Positions 31,529 through 39,555 of a stretch of 64,000 bases of DNA are shown piece by piece. The DNA is taken from the NCBI GenBank assembly GCA_946407095.1, contig CAMJMR010000001.1, positions 32,632 to 96,631 of the forward strand, written 5' to 3'. Made by a program: the position numbers and the translations under genes. Within the stretch, counting starts at the first letter, position 1; every line of letters begins with the position of its first letter. The notes under the pieces are model-generated. The model ran no database searches, was not told where the DNA came from, and saw only the letters and a list, made by a program, of their open reading frames with translations. Origin of the DNA: an uncultured Selenomonadales bacterium. Lineage in GTDB: Bacteria > Bacillota > Negativicutes > Selenomonadales > Selenomonadaceae.

Positions 31529-31609
31529 CGAACTTAGTCAAGCGTCAGACGGCTTAAGGGGGATTTGGCATGAAGAATTTTTTGACGACCTTAAGCGCGG
31601 CGATTGAGT

Positions 31610-31702
31610 GGGCTAGCAATGCGCAGCGTTGCGTTTTGACGCGGCGAATACGTTTGAATCATGAGCGACACGGCGCGCTATCCGGATGCAACGTCACGTT
31701 GC
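31610..31702 (+). repeat. Family-1 element, copy 3 (identical to copy 2)
   Basis: Identical sequence, 174 nt downstream of copy 2. Confidence 0.85.
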
Positions 31703-31744
31703 CGAACTTAGTCAAGCGTCAGACGGCTTAAGGAGTGATTCGTT

Positions 31745-33250
31745 ATGAAAAAATTTTTGGCGGCTTTAGCGACAGCGGCGTTACTTTTTCCGAACACGAC
31801 TCAAGCCGCCGAAGGCGTGAGTTTGACGCTTGACGACGCGATTGAACTTGCGCTGAAGAACAACCGCCTAATCGAGCAGTCGACGGCGGACAGGGAGGCA
31901 GCCAAGTGGAATTTGTCAGCCGTGCGCCGCAATGCGGGTCCCATACTCAGCTGGTCTTCGTCGTTAAACCATATCGGCGGCAGATTTTATCGCAGAAACT
32001 ATCGCAACATCAGGGACGATGTCAAAGCGCGAAATGCGGAGTACAGAGCGACTTACGGCTACGAGCCCTACAACATGAATCTTTACCCGAATTACAATTA
32101 CGAAGGCACGCACAGCTTGACGTTGCGAATGCCGGTGTACACGGGCGGGCGTCTTGAGAATCAGCGGGAGTCAGCGCGCTACACTCTGAACGCTGCCGAT
32201 TTGACGCTTGAAAATTCTCGTCAGCAAGTCAAGTACCAAGCGGCGGCGGCTTACTATCGCGTCCTTCAGCAAGAAAGTTTGGTCGGCGTGCAGGAGCAGG
32301 CGGTTCGGCTTTTGCAAGAGCACTTGCGCATGGTTTCCACCCAATACGAAGTCGGCACCGTCGCCAAGTCGGATGTGCTTGCCACCAACGTTCAGCTTGC
32401 CAACAGCCAACAGAGCTTGACCACCGCGCAGGGCAATTATCAAACCGCCGTCGCGCAACTCAACAACGTTTTGGGTTTGCCCGTCGACACCGAAATTGCC
32501 GCGAGCGATAAGATTAATTTCGTCAAATACGGCTTGAGCGAGGCTGATTGCCTTGACTACGCCTTGAGCCACCGCCCCGACGGAATTGCCGCCGTTTACG
32601 CCGCCAAGCGAGCCGGAGCTGATGTTTCCGCCGCAAAGAGCGGTTTTCGCCCGAATGTTTCGGCTATCGTGCAAGGAATAGCCACGGGCGAAAGTTACTT
32701 CAAAGCAGACCATCGAAGCGAACGTTTGTCGGTCGGCGTCGAGATGACTTGGAATATTTTCGACAACGGCATTACCTCCGCGCAGGTTCAGCAATACAAG
32801 GCCGTCGAGCGCAGAGCCGAGTCGGTCGCCCGCCAACAGATTGAAACGATTCAGCTTGAAGTGCACAGCGCGTATATCGCCTTGAAGACCGCCGAGAAAA
32901 ATATCGAGACGACAGCCGCCGCCGTCGACAAGGCGGAGGAGGAATTCGCCATCGCGCAAGTCCGCTACGTCGAGGGCGTCGACACCAACTTGAACGTCAT
33001 GAACGCGCAGGAAAAGGTCGTCGAGACGCGCAACAACTACTACGCCGCCGTTTACAACTACAACACGAGCCGCGCGCAACTGGAAAAGGCAATGGGCGTT
33101 CCCGTCGCGATTGACGCGTTGCTTTACGCCGAAGCGGAACAGGAAGGCAAATCGTCGCCGAAGTCCTTGGAGGCGGCCGCCGTCAATCAAAATGATTCGT
33201 CGGAGGCTGAAGTCGTCAAAGAATCGCCCGCGCCCTTCGACAAGCAATGA
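31745..33250 (+). CDS. TolC-family outer-membrane efflux protein
   Basis: 501 aa ORF with a signal peptide MKKFLAALATAALLFPNTTQA and two repeated TolC halves (...LTLDDAIELALKNNRLIEQ...). Confidence 0.9.
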   Translation: MKKFLAALATAALLFPNTTQAAEGVSLTLDDAIELALKNNRLIEQSTADREAAKWNLSAVRRNAGPILSWSSSLNHIGGRFYRRNYRNIRDDVKARNAEYRATYGYEPYNMNLYPNYNYEGTHSLTLRMPVYTGGRLENQRESARYTLNAADLTLENSRQQVKYQAAAAYYRVLQQESLVGVQEQAVRLLQEHLRMVSTQYEVGTVAKSDVLATNVQLANSQQSLTTAQGNYQTAVAQLNNVLGLPVDTEIAASDKINFVKYGLSEADCLDYALSHRPDGIAAVYAAKRAGADVSAAKSGFRPNVSAIVQGIATGESYFKADHRSERLSVGVEMTWNIFDNGITSAQVQQYKAVERRAESVARQQIETIQLEVHSAYIALKTAEKNIETTAAAVDKAEEEFAIAQVRYVEGVDTNLNVMNAQEKVVETRNNYYAAVYNYNTSRAQLEKAMGVPVAIDALLYAEAEQEGKSSPKSLEAAAVNQNDSSEAEVVKESPAPFDKQ

Positions 33251-33546
33251 CGGGCGGACTCCTTTCGTTTGCTAAGCAAAAGGGCGCAAAGACAGCTCGG
33301 CTTGACATTCGCGGCGTGTCTCTTCGATTCAACGTTTGAATGATTTTTATGTTTAGGATCTACTTTCTTTCACTGGCGAAAGAAAGTAGCAAAGAAAGCC
33401 ACCACTGCGCGTGGGGCGGATACCGACCACCGCCGCAACGTTCGCGTCCCAGTCAGCCACTCGTGCCGCTGTCGACGCATCACGCGTCGAAGTCGCGGCG
33501 GCCGCCCGTCCATGGGCGGCCTCGTCCTCTGCAACGTATCACTGCA
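33251..33546 (+). repeat. Family-2 structured element, long form (copy b); candidate ncRNA
   Basis: Starts directly after the tolC stop. The segment 33361-33501 is identical to 53139-53279. Confidence 0.8.
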
Positions 33547-33592
33547 TAAAAAATCCCCTCAACCTGCGCGGTTGCGGGGATAATTTTTTTTC
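33547..33592. terminator. Bidirectional rho-independent terminator (family-2 element/tolC on plus, leuB on minus)
   Basis: AAAAAA TCCCCTCAACCTGCGCGGTTGCGGGGA TAATTTTTTTTT. Confidence 0.65.
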
Positions 33593-33602
33593 GTATTCGA
33601 GC

Positions 33603-34667
33603 TTAGAGGTTGTCGCAAATGATTTCGGTAACCTGCGCGGTGCCGACTTTCTTAAAGCCGTCGGTGTAAATGTCAGCGGTGCGCCAGCCGTCAGCGAGCG
33701 TCTTGTCAATCGCCGCTTCAATCGCCTTAGCCGCCGCCTCCTGCCTTAGGCTGTAACGCAAAAGCATCGCCGCGCTCAAAATCGTGCCCATGGGGTTGGC
33801 GAGGTCTTTGCCGGCAATGTCGGGCGCGGAGCCGTGAATCGGTTCGTAAAGGCTGGTCAGTTCGCCGATTGACGCGCTGGGCATTAAGCCTATCGAGCCG
33901 CCGATAACCGCCGCTTCGTCGCTGAGGATGTCGCCGAAAATGTTGTTCGTGACGATAACGTCGAATTGCTTCGGGTTGAGGACGAGCTGCATGGCGGCGT
34001 TGTCGACGTAAAGATGATTCAGCTCAACGTCGGGGAAATGCTTCGCCACATCGACGACGACTTTCCGCCAGAGCCTGCTTGCCGCCAGGACGTTCGCCTT
34101 GTCGACCGAAGTCACTTTGCCGCGCCGCAACTTCGCCGTCTCAAATGCGAGCTTCGTGATTCGTTCGATTTCGGGCACGGAATAAATTTCGGTGTCCCAA
34201 GCCTGTTCGACGCCGTTGACTTGTTCAGATTCGCAACGCGGTCCGAAGTAAATGCCGCCGACCAATTCGCGGACGATAAGCAAATCGGAGCCGCCGACGA
34301 GTTCGGGCTTGAGCGGCGAAGAGTTAATCAGTTCGGGATAAACTTTCGTCGGGCGCAGGTTCGCGAAGAGTCCGAGCCCTTTGCGCAAGCCGAAGATAGC
34401 TTTTTCGGGGCGCAGGTGCACGGGCAGGCTGTCCCACTTCTTGCCGCCGACCGCGCCGAATAAAACGCCGTCAGCCTTTTTGCACGCGTCGAGGGCTTCG
34501 TCAGTGAGCGGCGTCCCGAATTTTTCATAGGACGTGCCGCCCGCGTCGCGATAATCGTATTCCAAGCCGAGCTTGAACTTTTCGTCGACCTTCTGCAAAA
34601 CCTTGACGGCGGAGGCGGTTATCTCTTGCCCAATGCCGTCGCCGGGTATGACAATGATTTTTTTCAT
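33603..34667 (-). CDS. leuB: 3-isopropylmalate dehydrogenase
   Basis: [16 protein letters not shown]... from ATG 34667. The longer track ORF overlaps the PFOR 3' end. Confidence 0.92.
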   Translation of the reverse strand: MKKIIVIPGDGIGQEITASAVKVLQKVDEKFKLGLEYDYRDAGGTSYEKFGTPLTDEALDACKKADGVLFGAVGGKKWDSLPVHLRPEKAIFGLRKGLGLFANLRPTKVYPELINSSPLKPELVGGSDLLIVRELVGGIYFGPRCESEQVNGVEQAWDTEIYSVPEIERITKLAFETAKLRRGKVTSVDKANVLAASRLWRKVVVDVAKHFPDVELNHLYVDNAAMQLVLNPKQFDVIVTNNIFGDILSDEAAVIGGSIGLMPSASIGELTSLYEPIHGSAPDIAGKDLANPMGTILSAAMLLRYSLRQEAAAKAIEAAIDKTLADGWRTADIYTDGFKKVGTAQVTEIICDNL

Positions 34668-34671
34668 GGTA

Positions 34672-37600
34672 TCACTTTCCTGCGAGAATTTTGTAGCCGT
34701 TAATGCGTTCTTCGGCATCGTGCTGTGTCTTTTCAAAGAGAGCCTGCGCGGCGTCGGGGAAGTTGCGCTTCAAGGACGAATAACGGACTTCGCCCATAAG
34801 GAATTCTTGGAACTTGCTGAAGTCGGGCTCCTTGCTGTCGAGCGTGAAAGGATTCTTGCCCGCCGCTGCGAGTTGAGGATTGAAACGCCAATTAGCCCAG
34901 TAGCCGCACTGAACGGCGAGCTTGCCCTCCAGTTGGCTTGAACCCATGCCCTTGCGTATGCCGTGATTGATGCAGGGCGCGTAGGCGATAATCAACGACG
35001 GACCGGGATAAGCCTCCGCCTCCGTGACGGCTTTGAGCAGCTGATTCTGGTCTGCGCCCATCGAGACTTGCGCAACGTAGACGTAGCCGTAACTCATCGC
35101 CATCTTGCCTAGGTCTTTCTTCTTGGTGCGCTTGCCTGTCGCCGCGAATTGCGCGATAGCCGCAGCCGGAGTCGCCTTCGACGCTTGACCGCCCGTGTTC
35201 GAGTAGACTTCCGTATCGAAGACAAAGACGTTGACATCTTCGCCGCTTGCCAAAACGTGGTCAAGCCCGCCGTAGCCGATATCGTAAGCCCAGCCGTCGC
35301 CGCCGAGTATCCATTGCGAGCGCTTCACGAAAAAGTCGCGGTTGTCGAAGATTTTATTCAGCAGTTCGTCCGAGCCCTTTTGAGCGGCAAGCAACGCCGT
35401 CAACTTATCTGCGCGGTCGCGAGTGCCTTCGCTGACGTCGCGGTTGTCCTTCCAGTCGGTCAAAGCCGCTACCAGTTCCTTGTTCCTTGTTCCTTGTTCC
35501 TGAATTGCTTGTTCGACTTCGTTGGCCAACATTTCACGAATCGCCTTGACGCCGAGGAACATGCCCAAGCCGTATTCGGCGTTGTCTTCAAAGAGCGAAT
35601 TGCCCCAAGCGGGACCGTGACCCTTGAAATTTTTGGTGTAGGGCATTGCCGGTGCCGACGCGCCCCAAATCGACGAGCAACCCGTAGCGTTGGCAATCAT
35701 CATGCGGTCGCCGTAAAGTTGCGTCAAAAGTTTTGCGTAAGGCGTTTCGCCGCAACCCGCGCAGGCTCCGCTGAACTCAAACAGCGGCTTTTCAAACTGA
35801 CTGCCGATAACGGTCGTCTTCTTCGTCGGATTCTCTTTTTGAGCGAGCTTGACGCCGTAATCGAAAATTTTCTGCCGAGCCATCGCCTTGTCGTCGAACT
35901 TGACCATTTCCAACGCCTGCTTCGGACAAACCTGCGCGCAGTTGCCGCAGCCGAGGCAGTCGTAGGTTGAGACGGCGATTGTCACGTCATACTTGCCGCG
36001 AGAAATTTTCGACGGAATAGCCTCCATGCCTTCGGGCGCGGCCTTGAGTTCGTCTTCGGTCGTGAGAATCGGGCGAATAGCGGCATGCGGGCAAACGAAC
36101 GAACATTGATTACAGCCGATGCATTTTGACTTGTCCCACGCGGGAACTTTGATAGCCGTGCCGCGTTTTTCGTAGGCCGTGCCGCCGACGGGGAATGTGC
36201 CGTCCGCCAAGTCGACAAACTTGCTGACAGCCAACTCGTCGCCTTCCTGCCGATTCATGACGTTTTGGATGTCGGTGACGAATTCGGGCGGGTCGACTTG
36301 TTTCAGGTTGCGATTCATGCTTGTGTCGTCGACGTCCCACGTGCTTGTGTCGACTTTGTGCAGAGCCTCAATGCCCTTGTCAATCGCGCCGCAGTTCATG
36401 TCGACGACGTTTTGCCCCTTCGAGCCGTAAGATTTTTCGACGGCGTCCTTGAGGTACTTAACAGCCTCGTCAATCGGAATGATGTTCGCCAGCTTGAAGA
36501 AGGCGGCTTGCATGACCATGTTGAAGCGTCCGCCCAAGCCGAGTTCGCCCGCGATTTTCACGGCGTTGACGGTGTAGACTTGAATGTCGTTGTCCTTGAT
36601 GTAGCGTTTCATTGCGGGCTTGAGCTTATGACCGAGCTTTTCGTCGCTCCAGTCGGTGTTGAGCAGGAAGGTGCCGCCCTTTTTCAAGCCCGCGATAAGA
36701 TTGTAATGATGAACGTAGCTTTTCTGCGAGCAGCTTACGAAGTCGGGCTTGGTGATAAGATACGGCGAGGTTATGGGCAACTTGCCGAAGCGCAGGTGGC
36801 TCATGGTGATGCCGCCGGATTTTTTCGAGTCGTAGGCGAAGTAAGCTTGCGCGTAAAGGTCGGTGTTGTCGCCGATGATTTTAATCGCGGACTTGTTCGC
36901 GCCGACGGTGCCGTCAGAGCCGAGACCCCAGAACTTGCAAGCGGTCGTGCCTTCGGGCGTCAAGTCAACGTCGTGATGACCCGTCACGAGGGATTTGTTG
37001 GACACGTCGTCGTTAATGCCGATAGTGAAGCCGTCAAGCGGCGAATCCTTTTTGAGTTCGTCGAAGACCGCAAGCAGTTGGTCGGGCGTGGTGTCCTTGC
37101 CGCCCAAGCCGAAACGTCCGCCGACGATAACGGGCTTGTCGGCCACGTCGTAGAAAGCGGCTTTAACGTCAAGATACAGGGGCTCGCCGACGGAGCCGCT
37201 TTCCTTCGTGCGGTCGAGGACGGCGATTTTCTTTACGGTTTTGGGAATGGCGTTGAGGAAGTGCTTGACGCTGAACGGGCGGTAGAGGTGGACGCTCACG
37301 ACGCCGACTTTTTCGCCCTGCGCGTTGAGGTAAGCCGCCGCCTCGTTTGCGGTTTGACAGCCCGAACCGATAGCGATAATGACGCGGTCGGCATCGGGCG
37401 CGCCGCTGTAGTCGAAGATGTGATGTTCGCGCCCCGTGACCTTTGCCACGTCAGTCATAATCTCTTCGACGATATCGGGCAGGCGGTCGTAGTTGTTGTT
37501 GACGGTTTCGCGAATCTGGAAGTAGACGTCGGGATTGGTGGCGGTGCCGCGCATGACGGGGTGGTCGGGATTGAGGGCGTTGCGGCGGAAGGCGTTGACC

Positions 37601-38196
37601 GCGTCGAAGTCCAAAAGCTTTGCCAAGTCGGCGTAGTCAATCAGCTCAATCTTTTGAATCTCGTGACTGGTGCGGAAGCCGTCGAAGAAATTTATAAACG
37701 GAATGCGTCCCTTAATCGCCGCAAGGTGAGCCACTGCCGACAAGTCCATGACTTCTTGCACGCTTGACTCGGCGAACATGGCGCAACCCGTCTGCCGCGC
37801 CGCCATTACGTCTTGATGGTCGCCGAAGATTGACAGCGTCGACGTGGCCAGTGCCCGCGCAGATACGTGGAAGACGCCCGGCAACATTTCGCCCGCGATT
37901 TTGTACAGATTTGGTATCATGAGCAGGAAGCCTTGCGAGGCGGTGTAAGTCGTCGTGAGTGCGCCCGCTTGCAACGAGCCGTGAACGGTGCCTGCCGCGC
38001 CCGCCTCCGATTGCATTTCCACCAAACGAACTTTCTGCCCGAAAATATTTTTGACGCCATGCGCTGCCATAACGTCGACATCTTCAGCCATAGGCGACGA
38101 CGGCGTTATCGGGTAAATCGCGGCCACGTCCGTGAATGCGTAGGACACATACGCCGCTGCCTGATTGCCGTCCATCGTCTTCATTTTCTTGCCCAT
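34672..38196 (-). CDS. nifJ: Pyruvate:ferredoxin (flavodoxin) oxidoreductase
   Basis: 1174 aa ORF MGKKMKTMDGNQAAAYVSYAFTDVAAIYPITPSSPMAE..., with two 4Fe-4S ferredoxin motifs (CIGCNQCSFVCPH and CLGCGNCAQVCP). Confidence 0.96.
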   Translation of the reverse strand: MGKKMKTMDGNQAAAYVSYAFTDVAAIYPITPSSPMAEDVDVMAAHGVKNIFGQKVRLVEMQSEAGAAGTVHGSLQAGALTTTYTASQGFLLMIPNLYKIAGEMLPGVFHVSARALATSTLSIFGDHQDVMAARQTGCAMFAESSVQEVMDLSAVAHLAAIKGRIPFINFFDGFRTSHEIQKIELIDYADLAKLLDFDAVNAFRRNALNPDHPVMRGTATNPDVYFQIRETVNNNYDRLPDIVEEIMTDVAKVTGREHHIFDYSGAPDADRVIIAIGSGCQTANEAAAYLNAQGEKVGVVSVHLYRPFSVKHFLNAIPKTVKKIAVLDRTKESGSVGEPLYLDVKAAFYDVADKPVIVGGRFGLGGKDTTPDQLLAVFDELKKDSPLDGFTIGINDDVSNKSLVTGHHDVDLTPEGTTACKFWGLGSDGTVGANKSAIKIIGDNTDLYAQAYFAYDSKKSGGITMSHLRFGKLPITSPYLITKPDFVSCSQKSYVHHYNLIAGLKKGGTFLLNTDWSDEKLGHKLKPAMKRYIKDNDIQVYTVNAVKIAGELGLGGRFNMVMQAAFFKLANIIPIDEAVKYLKDAVEKSYGSKGQNVVDMNCGAIDKGIEALHKVDTSTWDVDDTSMNRNLKQVDPPEFVTDIQNVMNRQEGDELAVSKFVDLADGTFPVGGTAYEKRGTAIKVPAWDKSKCIGCNQCSFVCPHAAIRPILTTEDELKAAPEGMEAIPSKISRGKYDVTIAVSTYDCLGCGNCAQVCPKQALEMVKFDDKAMARQKIFDYGVKLAQKENPTKKTTVIGSQFEKPLFEFSGACAGCGETPYAKLLTQLYGDRMMIANATGCSSIWGASAPAMPYTKNFKGHGPAWGNSLFEDNAEYGLGMFLGVKAIREMLANEVEQAIQEQGTRNKELVAALTDWKDNRDVSEGTRDRADKLTALLAAQKGSDELLNKIFDNRDFFVKRSQWILGGDGWAYDIGYGGLDHVLASGEDVNVFVFDTEVYSNTGGQASKATPAAAIAQFAATGKRTKKKDLGKMAMSYGYVYVAQVSMGADQNQLLKAVTEAEAYPGPSLIIAYAPCINHGIRKGMGSSQLEGKLAVQCGYWANWRFNPQLAAAGKNPFTLDSKEPDFSKFQEFLMGEVRYSSLKRNFPDAAQALFEKTQHDAEERINGYKILAGK

Positions 38197-38263
38197 AAGC
38201 TATCAAAGTTCTCCTCTCAATTAAATTGCGGGGAATTATATCACGCGTCTATAAAAAAGTAAA

Positions 38264-38285
38264 CCGCGCCGCATATATTGAAAAG
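38264..38285 (+). repeat. Left 22-bp direct repeat bounding the low-GC insertion
   Basis: CCGCGCCGCATATATTGAAAAG, versus CCGCGCCGCATACATTGAAAAG at 39488-39509. Confidence 0.8.
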
Positions 38286-38335
38286 TTTCAAGCAAACATT
38301 TATAATAATAGAAAATAATTTTGGAGGGGAATTTA

Positions 38336-39480
38336 ATGATACGAATTCATCAAGGTCAAGTTTCGACTTCAGAAGACAATTCGACCCTGTCCACAGTGAT
38401 TGACATCGGTGATGTGAAAAAAAACGTTTGCCTTTCCGTCAGTAAAGAATATGGGCAATTTTTGTCGCCCGAACGCGCTGATTACGGACTTGTCGGAATG
38501 CTCGCCTATGCTCTGCGGAATAAGCACGACATCATTTGCGAGGCTCCCGTCACCGACGAATTACTCTACAACATTCGCGAATTGCTTATCCCGACGTTCG
38601 TCCGCAGCGACGCAAGAAATTATCCCGTCAAGATTAACGCGGAAGTTGCCCCGCCGCTTGATAAACTCGACGTTGCACAAGTAACGTGTGGGGGGGGGTT
38701 GGTACCGGTATCTCTTGCGGCGTAGACAGCTTTTATGCCGTTCTCAAACACTTTAATTCCGTTTATCCGAGCCGGAACTTAACGCACCTTTGCATTTTCA
38801 ATAACGGTTCGATTAACAGCTGCTATGGCGTGGAAAATATTCCGTACATTAAGCAGAAAGTTTTTGAGCGGGCGGAAGCCGTGGCTAAGGAATTTAATCT
38901 GCCGCTCCTCAAGCTTGAATCGAATTTCCAAGACGTAGTCCCGCAAAGTCACCTGCGAACGCATACCTATATGGATGCTTTAGCGATTTATTCCCTCCAA
39001 AAACTTTGGCGAACGTATTATTACAGCAGTACGTACTCTTTCGCTGATTTCTCCTTGCAAAAAAATTTTGATAACGATCCTGCGCATTTTGAGCCGCTCT
39101 TATGGGATTGTTTTTCCACTTCCAAGTTGAAAATAATTTCATCGGGCAGTGAGGGCGACCGCAACGATAAAGTTGATTTTATAGCCGACAACCCGATTGC
39201 GCAAAAATATCTGCACGTCTGTTTGAAAAAGGCTACGAATTGCGGCTGGTGTCCAAAATGCTTGCGGACACTCTTGGCACTGGACGCGGCGAACAAACTC
39301 GATAACTTCAGAGAATGTTTTAACATCGACGCCTACCTTAAAGCGCGCAATAAAGCTTTCGTCTATTTGTACAATACAATCAAAAAAGAACCCGACCAGC
39401 CTTTCTTCGCGAAGACTTACAAAATTCTTTACGAGCGCCATAAAAATTTTTTCGATAATCTGAGTAGTAAGAACAAATAA
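38336..39480 (+). pseudogene. PP-loop (adenine nucleotide alpha-hydrolase, QueC-like) protein gene split at a G9 tract; candidate phase-variable gene
   Basis: ORFs 38321..38725 and 38686..39480 overlap at GGGGGGGGG (38690-38698). Adding one G fuses them into about 381 aa carrying GISCGVDS (SGGxDS-like) and a C-terminal NCGWCPKCLRT zinc-ribbon-like motif. ATG 38336 is preceded by GGAGGGG. Confidence 0.6.
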
Positions 39481-39487
39481 TAGCACT

Positions 39488-39509
39488 CCGCGCCGCATAC
39501 ATTGAAAAG
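39488..39509 (+). repeat. Right 22-bp direct repeat bounding the low-GC insertion
   Basis: 21 of 22 positions identical to 38264-38285. Confidence 0.8.
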
Positions 39510-39546
39510 AGCCTCCCGCTTGCCGAGAGGCTCTAAATTTTTTTTT
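39508..39546 (+). terminator. Rho-independent terminator
   Basis: AGAGCCTC...GAGGCTCT stem followed by a T9 run. Confidence 0.6.
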
Positions 39547-39555
39547 ACGCCAAGT

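Larger units (their letters stand above)
31357..31733 (+). repeat. 174-bp tandem repeat (2 full units plus a partial third), each unit holding a family-1 element
   Basis: Units start at 31357, 31531 and 31705. Units 1 and 2 are identical except for 2 nt. Confidence 0.9.

Noticed and set aside
31396-31557. The two identical 53-aa ORFs between the ABC exporter and tolC might be bacteriocin precursor peptides.
   Set aside because: They have no double-glycine leader. Most of their length is a family-1 element that also occurs in non-coding positions and in both orientations. Their ends are copies of neighbouring genes. They are kept only as possible relay ORFs.
33411-33749. ORFs 33411..33749 and 53189..53641 share an identical N-terminal peptide (MGRIPTTAATFASQSATRAAVDASRVEVAA), which suggests a duplicated small protein.
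   Set aside because: The identity simply reflects translation of the identical family-2 core. The other two copies do not conserve the reading frame, and their substitutions preserve base-pairing rather than codons.
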